Assembly: GCF_006345805.1 (NCBI RefSeq)
Contig: NW_021833184.1
Location: 1-29,051, forward strand
Reading direction: 5' to 3'
Source of the DNA: Octopus sinensis
Lineage: Eukaryota
Length of the DNA stretch: 29,051 nt
Positions 23,468 to 29,051 of this stretch are shown in pieces (position 1 is the first letter of the stretch; every line of letters begins with the position of its first letter). The notes under the pieces were generated by a model. It was not told the origin of the DNA. It saw only the letters and a list, made by a program, of their open reading frames with translations, and did not search any database. Position numbers and translations under genes: made by a program.

Positions 23468-23568
23468 CTTTATATAAAAGCAACAGAAATATAACAAAAG
23501 CTGTTACTCAGAGTTTCACGTTCCCGTTCATTGGACATTTGTTATATTTCTGATGCTTTTAAATAAAG
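23468..23568 (-). ncRNA. Mutated minimal type-I hammerhead ribozyme (Penelope-type)
   Basis: Minus RNA: UGU-CCAAUGA-ACG(GGAA)CGU-GAA-ACUC(U)GAGU-A-ACA, closed by a ~30-bp stem I. The core deviates from CUGANGA at positions 4 and 5. Confidence 0.7.
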
Positions 23569-23771
23569 CGTATTACTCTACCTCTGGTATTTGTGTACTC
23601 TTTTTTCCACCTTGTTTCACATTTATGTGCTTTCTCTGGTATATATATATATATATAGATAGATAATTAAAATTTAAATAATGAGGGAGATAAATTTAAT
23701 TAATATCAATTTAAAACCAGTAGCCTAGCATACAAAAATCTGAAAAATCAGAGAAAATTCTAATACATGTG

Positions 23772-23873
23772 TATATTTAAAGGGCAGAACCACTAGGTTG
23801 TCAGCCGTATGCTAGAAGGTGATCTACTTCTAGCATACAGCTGACCACCTAGTGGTTCTGCCCTTTAAATATA
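23772..23873. repeat. Fold-back hairpin, 47-bp arms
   Basis: 23772-23818 versus 23827-23873, 45/47 complementary, 8-nt loop. Confidence 0.95.
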
Positions 23874-23924
23874 TATATATAAATATATGTATGTATGCAT
23901 GCATGTATGTATATATGTATACTA

Positions 23925-24131
23925 AGGTGGCAAACTGGTAGAATCATATGCACACCAGGCAAAATTGTTTGTGGCATTTCGTTCATCTTTATGTAGTGAG
24001 TTCAAATGCTATTGAGGTCAACTTTGCCATTTATTTTTCTGGAGTCGATAAAATAAATACCAGTTAAATACTGGGGAGGGGTCAATATAATCAATTTCTC
24101 CCCTACACCTGAACTTGCTAGCCTTGTGCCA
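23925..24131 (+). mobile_element. SINE family A, diverged
   Basis: Colinear with 10968-11183. Confidence 0.75.
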
Positions 24132-24329
24132 CACACGCATATTTATATATATATATATATAGGTGCCCCAGCATGGCCACAGCTCATTAGCTGAAACTGG
24201 AAAAATCAAAATCAAATCATATATAAATAAATTTATATAAATAAGGATAAGATTGTTAATTTAATTATCGATCTTATCAAGTCGCCAGCATGGGAATAAA
24301 AACCTTCAAAGGTAATAATTATTATTAAA

Positions 24330-24370
24330 ATTATAATTTAGGGTATCTCTTAGATACCCTAAATTATAAT
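24330..24370. repeat. Perfect hairpin, 19-bp arms
   Basis: attataatttagggtatct-ctt-agataccctaaattataat. Confidence 0.92.
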
Positions 24371-24769
24371 ATATATATAAATATTTGTGAGTAATGTAAA
24401 ATTCTGGAATTTCCTGGAAACTAACGATAGTTTGTGGTACTACTAACTTATGCATACAGACACACAGACACACTGCACACACACGCTTCTGCGACACTGC
24501 TGTCAACACCAACTGCACATCTGTGCACAATTTTGTCGCAGTAATATCCATTGCACAGATGCAACATGCAGGTGTCGTGCACTTACGTGACACTTACAGA
24601 TGCAGACTTGACACACATTAAGTTGGCACGCACAGATGTGTGCGCAAAAACTAATGCAGTTAGTTACATCGATTCTGCGCTGTGCAACGACAGTAACTGC
24701 ATTGAGAATGTCAGCTGTAATGATGATGAGATTGTCATCGTGGTTGTCATCGCGTATGTTCAACGATGC

Positions 24770-25990
24770 TGCCACCACCACCATCATCATCATCACTATC
24801 ATCATCATGATGACAACGACCACCACCACCACCTCCATCATCATCGTTCACCATGGCCATCATCACCACCACCACCACCACCACCACCACGCCACCAACA
24901 CCATCGTCACTAATACAGCCTCAGTCATCATCATTATCATAAGCACCACCATAATCACTACCACCACCCTCATCATCATCATCATCACCACCACCTCCAT
25001 TATGACCATCATTGTCATCATGATCAACATCATCATCACCCCCCCCCCACACCACCAACACTATCATCGCCAGCACAGCCACCATCTTCATTATTATCAC
25101 CATCGCCACTACCATCAACACCACCATCATCATCATCATCATCCTCATCAGCAGCACCACCACCACCACCATGATCACCATAAACACTAATACCACAACC
25201 ATCATCGTCATCATCATCATCTTCAACTAAAGTGATGACAGTGACACACTGGTAGAAAGGGGTGGGGGTGAGTGATGGGGCCAACAACTCCAGCAGAGCT
25301 TAATGATAATAGCAATGTGAGGCAAGTAAAGGGGATGACATCACATCATCAACATCACCATCATCATCATCATCATTGTCACTACCACTGTCATTGGTCA
25401 TCACCATCATCATCGTTGTCATCAATATCATCAAGAGTGACATAAAGACAGAGAGGGAGGTTGGAGGGGGAGAATCAGCAATTGATATAACCACAACAAC
25501 AACAGCAGCGTTTGGGCGTCATTTGGAGACATCGTCATCATCATCGTCATCACCATCATAAAGAACAGTGACAAGTGCAATAGCACAACTGCAACATCAA
25601 CAGCAACAACAACAAGAACTAGTGTCATGGTAATGAAACAAAACAATAGCAAGAAATAAGTTAAGTGCATCGACAGCAGCATCAACAACATAAACTACTC
25701 CCCCACCCACCACCACTACCACCACTTCCGCCGCTGCCATCACCACCTCCACCCCTACCACTACCATCATCGGCTCCTGTCAACAACAGTAACATCAACA
25801 ATAATAACATACAGAGTAGAATAGCAAAACTGTTGACGACATTTACGGCAATTTAAGTAAACGTGATGTTGATGACGATAATGATGAGGATGATGACGAT
25901 GATGATGACGATGACGGTGGTGGTTGCAGTGATGAACATGATGAATGTGTTGTGACCGCGATGACTACGACGATGATGATGATGACAGTA
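24770..25990. repeat. (CAT)n/(CAC)n/(CAA)n/(GAT)n trinucleotide low-complexity field
   Basis: Seen directly. Confidence 0.9.
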
Positions 25991-26324
25991 ATACAATTAT
26001 GGTTTCCCTTCTGTGTTCACAGTGTTGTGCTGGGGAATTGTTTTCTCACTTCACCAAATCCTGGGTGGCAGAGGGGCCAGAACAATATCAAACAATACAC
26101 CTTCCTTCCTTCCTTTATAATCACCAGCTTTTTTGTCTCTCCAAAACTCCACCCCTTTCAGGGTATTATGTTGTTTAAATTTTGTTGTCAGTTGTTATTG
26201 GTTTTTTTTTATTGTCCACAGACTTTTTTTTTTTTGTGCGTGTGCTAAGTCCCACTTGTCCTTTGATTTGTATCATCATTTTTTCGTTTTGTAATTGGCC
26301 CTTGTGTAATTGGCCCTGGAGTGA

Positions 26325-26735
26325 ATGTAATTAACATACGGGCTTCCCTGAAATTGCTGACCTTGTGCCAAAATTAGAAACCATTATTATTATTATTATT
26401 ATTATTATATTATTATTATTATTATTAACATGATTATTGTTGTTCTTATTAAGGTGGTGAGCAGGCAGAATCATTAGCATGCTGGACAAAATGCTTAATG
26501 ATATTTCGCCTGTCGCTATGTTCTGAGTTCAAATTACACCGAGGTCAACTTTGCCTTTCATCCTTTCGAGGTCAATAAATTAAGTACCAGTTACACACTG
26601 AGGGATCAATGTAATCAACTAGTCCTCTCCTTCAAAAATATCAGGCCTTGTGCCTACAGTAGAAAGGATTATTTATTATTATTATTATTATTATCATTAT
26701 TATTATTATTATTAGTAGTAGTAGTAGTAGTAGTA

Positions 26736-26784
<49 letters not shown>

Positions 26785-27431
26785 AAGTGGTGGTGGTGGT
26801 GGTATTCAAAGGCGGTGAGCTGACAGAATTGTTAGCATGCCAGGCAAAATGTTTCAAGGTATTTCGTGTTCTGAGTTCAAATTCCGCTGCGGTCGACTTT
26901 ACCTATCATCATTTTGGTGTCAATAAATAAAGTACCAGTGGCATAGTGGGGTTCAATGTAATTCACTAGATCTCTCCACCAAAATTTCAGGCCTTGTGCC
27001 TTTAGTGAAAAGATTATTGTCATCATCATCATCATCATATTTTGTAATGTCTAATCTTACATTTGTTGGCCCTTGTGGCTAATAGAGAAAGGATTATTAT
27101 TATTAATATTTGCCTTTCATCCTTTCAGGATCAATAAATTGAGTACCAGTTGCATACTGGGATCGATCTAAAAATTTCGGGCCTTGTGCCTAGAGTAGAA
27201 TAGAAAAGGTTGTTGTTGTTGTTGTTGTTATTAAGGTGGTGAGCTGGTAGAATTGTTAGCATGCTGGACAAAATGCTTGATGGTATTTCGCCCGTCGTTA
27301 TGTTCTGAGTTCAAATTACACCGAGGTCGACTTTGCCATTCGTCCTTTAGGGGTCAATAAATTAAGTACCAGTTGCGTACTGAGATCGATCTAAAAATTT
27401 CGGGCCTTGTGCCTAGAGAAGAATAGAAAAG
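26325..27431 (+). mobile_element. Head-to-tail cluster of family A SINEs (26452-26667, 26811-27013, 27110-27208, 27235-27431, plus tail fragments)
   Basis: All on the + strand, separated by (TTA)n, (TAG)n, (TCA)n and (TTG)n. Confidence 0.9.
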
Positions 27432-27659
27432 CTTATTGTTATCATTATTATTATCATTTCCTTATTTGCTGATATCTCTGTGACAGCACTCGCCACCACC
27501 ACCATACATACACCTTTTATGGACCCTATCTTTCCAACAGCCCCTACATCCATTGTTCTCCAGCCTCCACCACACCTTTTCATCTTTCTTTTTCTTGTTC
27601 AACTTTTAATCAGACTTACATCTGCATCACTCTTCTTTCTTTTAGTCTCCACCGCATTC

Positions 27660-28070
27660 TACTTCTTCTTCTTCTTCTCCTTCTTCTCCTTCTTCTTCTC
27701 CTTCTTCTTCTTCTCCTCCTTCTTCTTCTTCTTCTCCTTCTTCTTCTTTTTTCTCCTTCTCTCCTTCTTCTCCTCTCCTTCTTCTTTTATTTCTTCTTCT
27801 TCTCCTTCTTCTTCTTCTTCTCATTCTTCTTTCCTTCTCCTTCTTCTTCTTCTTCTTTTTCATCTCTTCTTCTTCTCCTCTTCTTCTATTCTCCTTCTTC
27901 TTCTTCTCCTTCTCCCTCTTCTTCTTCTTCTTCTCTTTCTCCTTCTCCTTCTTCTACTTTTTTCTTCTCCTTCATCTGCTTCTTCTTCTTCTTCTCCTCC
28001 TCCCCTTCTCCTTCTTCTCCTCCTTCTCCTTCTCCACCTCCTCCTTCTCCTCCCTCCTCACTTTCTTCAA
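27660..28070. repeat. (CTT/CCT)n polypyrimidine tract
   Basis: About 400 bp of almost purely C/T. Confidence 0.95.
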
Positions 28071-28474
28071 CATTGCTATTGTTGTTGCTGTCATAATCCT
28101 TTATCCTCTTCCTCCTCCTCCTCCACATTCCTTTTGTTGTATTTACTCTTAATGTTATTCTCCTTGTTGCTGTTGTCATCGTCGTCGTTGCTCGTTGCTG
28201 TTATGCATGGCTGCACACAGTTGCACACAGGTTTCCATACAGTGTTGCTGCCATTACTGCAGCATCTGTGGCAGTTGGCAGCAGGAGGGAGGGGAAGAGG
28301 AGGAGGTGGGGGTGGGGGTGGAGTGGAGGAGAAGGTGGGGGCATTCCCCAAGGAACTGTAGTAGTAGTATTAGCAGCAGTAGTGGTGGGAGTAGTGGTGG
28401 TAGTGGTGGCGGTGTGGCATTGCTCAATGACAGTACAGGTGCATTGTTTGGTGAAGTGCAGTGTGGTGGGTGTG

Positions 28475-28576
28475 TATGATATACATATACATATACATAT
28501 ATATATAAATATATATATATATACATACATGCATGCATATATATGAATATATATATATAAATACATACATATACAA

Positions 28577-28626
<50 letters not shown>

Positions 28627-28666
28627 GATAGATAGATAGATAGATAGAGTTTATACAAACAGGCAC

Positions 28667-28698
<32 letters not shown>

Positions 28699-28863
28699 GT
28701 ACACACACACACGTGCACACAAATACTCATACATATATTACTTATAGTTCTGCAAATGTGTATGTTTATGTATGCGTGTGTGTGAATGTGTATATAATAT
28801 ATATATGTATATATATATCTATGTATATATATATATAATATGTATATATGTATATATATATGT

Positions 28864-28894
<31 letters not shown>

Positions 28895-28990
28895 TAGGTA
28901 TATATATATGTATATATATAATAATATATATATTATATATATATATATGTTTATATATGTATCTATGATGTGTGCGTGTGTGTGAATGAT
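28475..28990. repeat. (TA)n/(TG)n/(GATA)n compound microsatellite
   Basis: Seen directly. Confidence 0.95.
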
Positions 28991-29051
28991 TGTCCGTTAC
29001 AATTATTACATATATGTTTACAACTGATAGAAAGCACAATCAATGCAAAGT

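Noticed and set aside
24636-25287. His-rich, Thr-rich and Asp/Gly-rich ORFs resembling cephalopod structural proteins
   Set aside because: Most frames are open simply because (CAT/CAC)n lacks stops in them. There is no signal peptide or ordered peptide repeat, and similar tracts occur throughout the window.
110-27431. tRNA genes suggested by A/B-box motifs
   Set aside because: Each motif examined continues into a SINE body or decayed repeat; no full cloverleaf was found.
27480-28361. 293-aa hydrophobic ORF
   Set aside because: Translation of a (CTT)n tract.
1-29051. CRISPR array, Fanzor/TnpB or prokaryotic operon
   Set aside because: No regularly spaced repeat-spacer array and no RuvC-like motifs were recognised; the sequence is clearly animal repeat DNA.

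Overview
Eukaryotic, AT-rich, microsatellite-saturated DNA. The SINE families present point to an octopus (coleoid cephalopod) genome; this is recognised from memory, not from a search. No complete host gene is visible, and most ORFs in the supplied track are simple-repeat translations. The window is a nest of decayed mobile elements: three tRNA-headed SINE families, RTE LINE 3' ends, three R4/Dong-type LINE fragments, two copies of a ~555-bp element sitting in (TTA)n tracts, two mariner (DD34D-type) remnants, two DD41D Tc1/mariner remnants and a TTAA piggyBac-type MITE. The most unusual object is a Penelope-like GIY-YIG endonuclease remnant (22049-22890) whose GIY and YIG motifs are separated by an in-frame 191-codon Thr/Ser/Asp-rich insert containing a 51-aa tandem repeat. 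Nearby are a mutated minimal hammerhead ribozyme and two long fold-back hairpins. Other leads are a symmetric phase-1 Cys-rich exon with three-finger (Ly6/uPAR)-like spacing, an exon-like unit present in three copies with one inverted, and a CpG-rich cluster of 7 E-boxes. Repeat boundaries were read by eye and are approximate.
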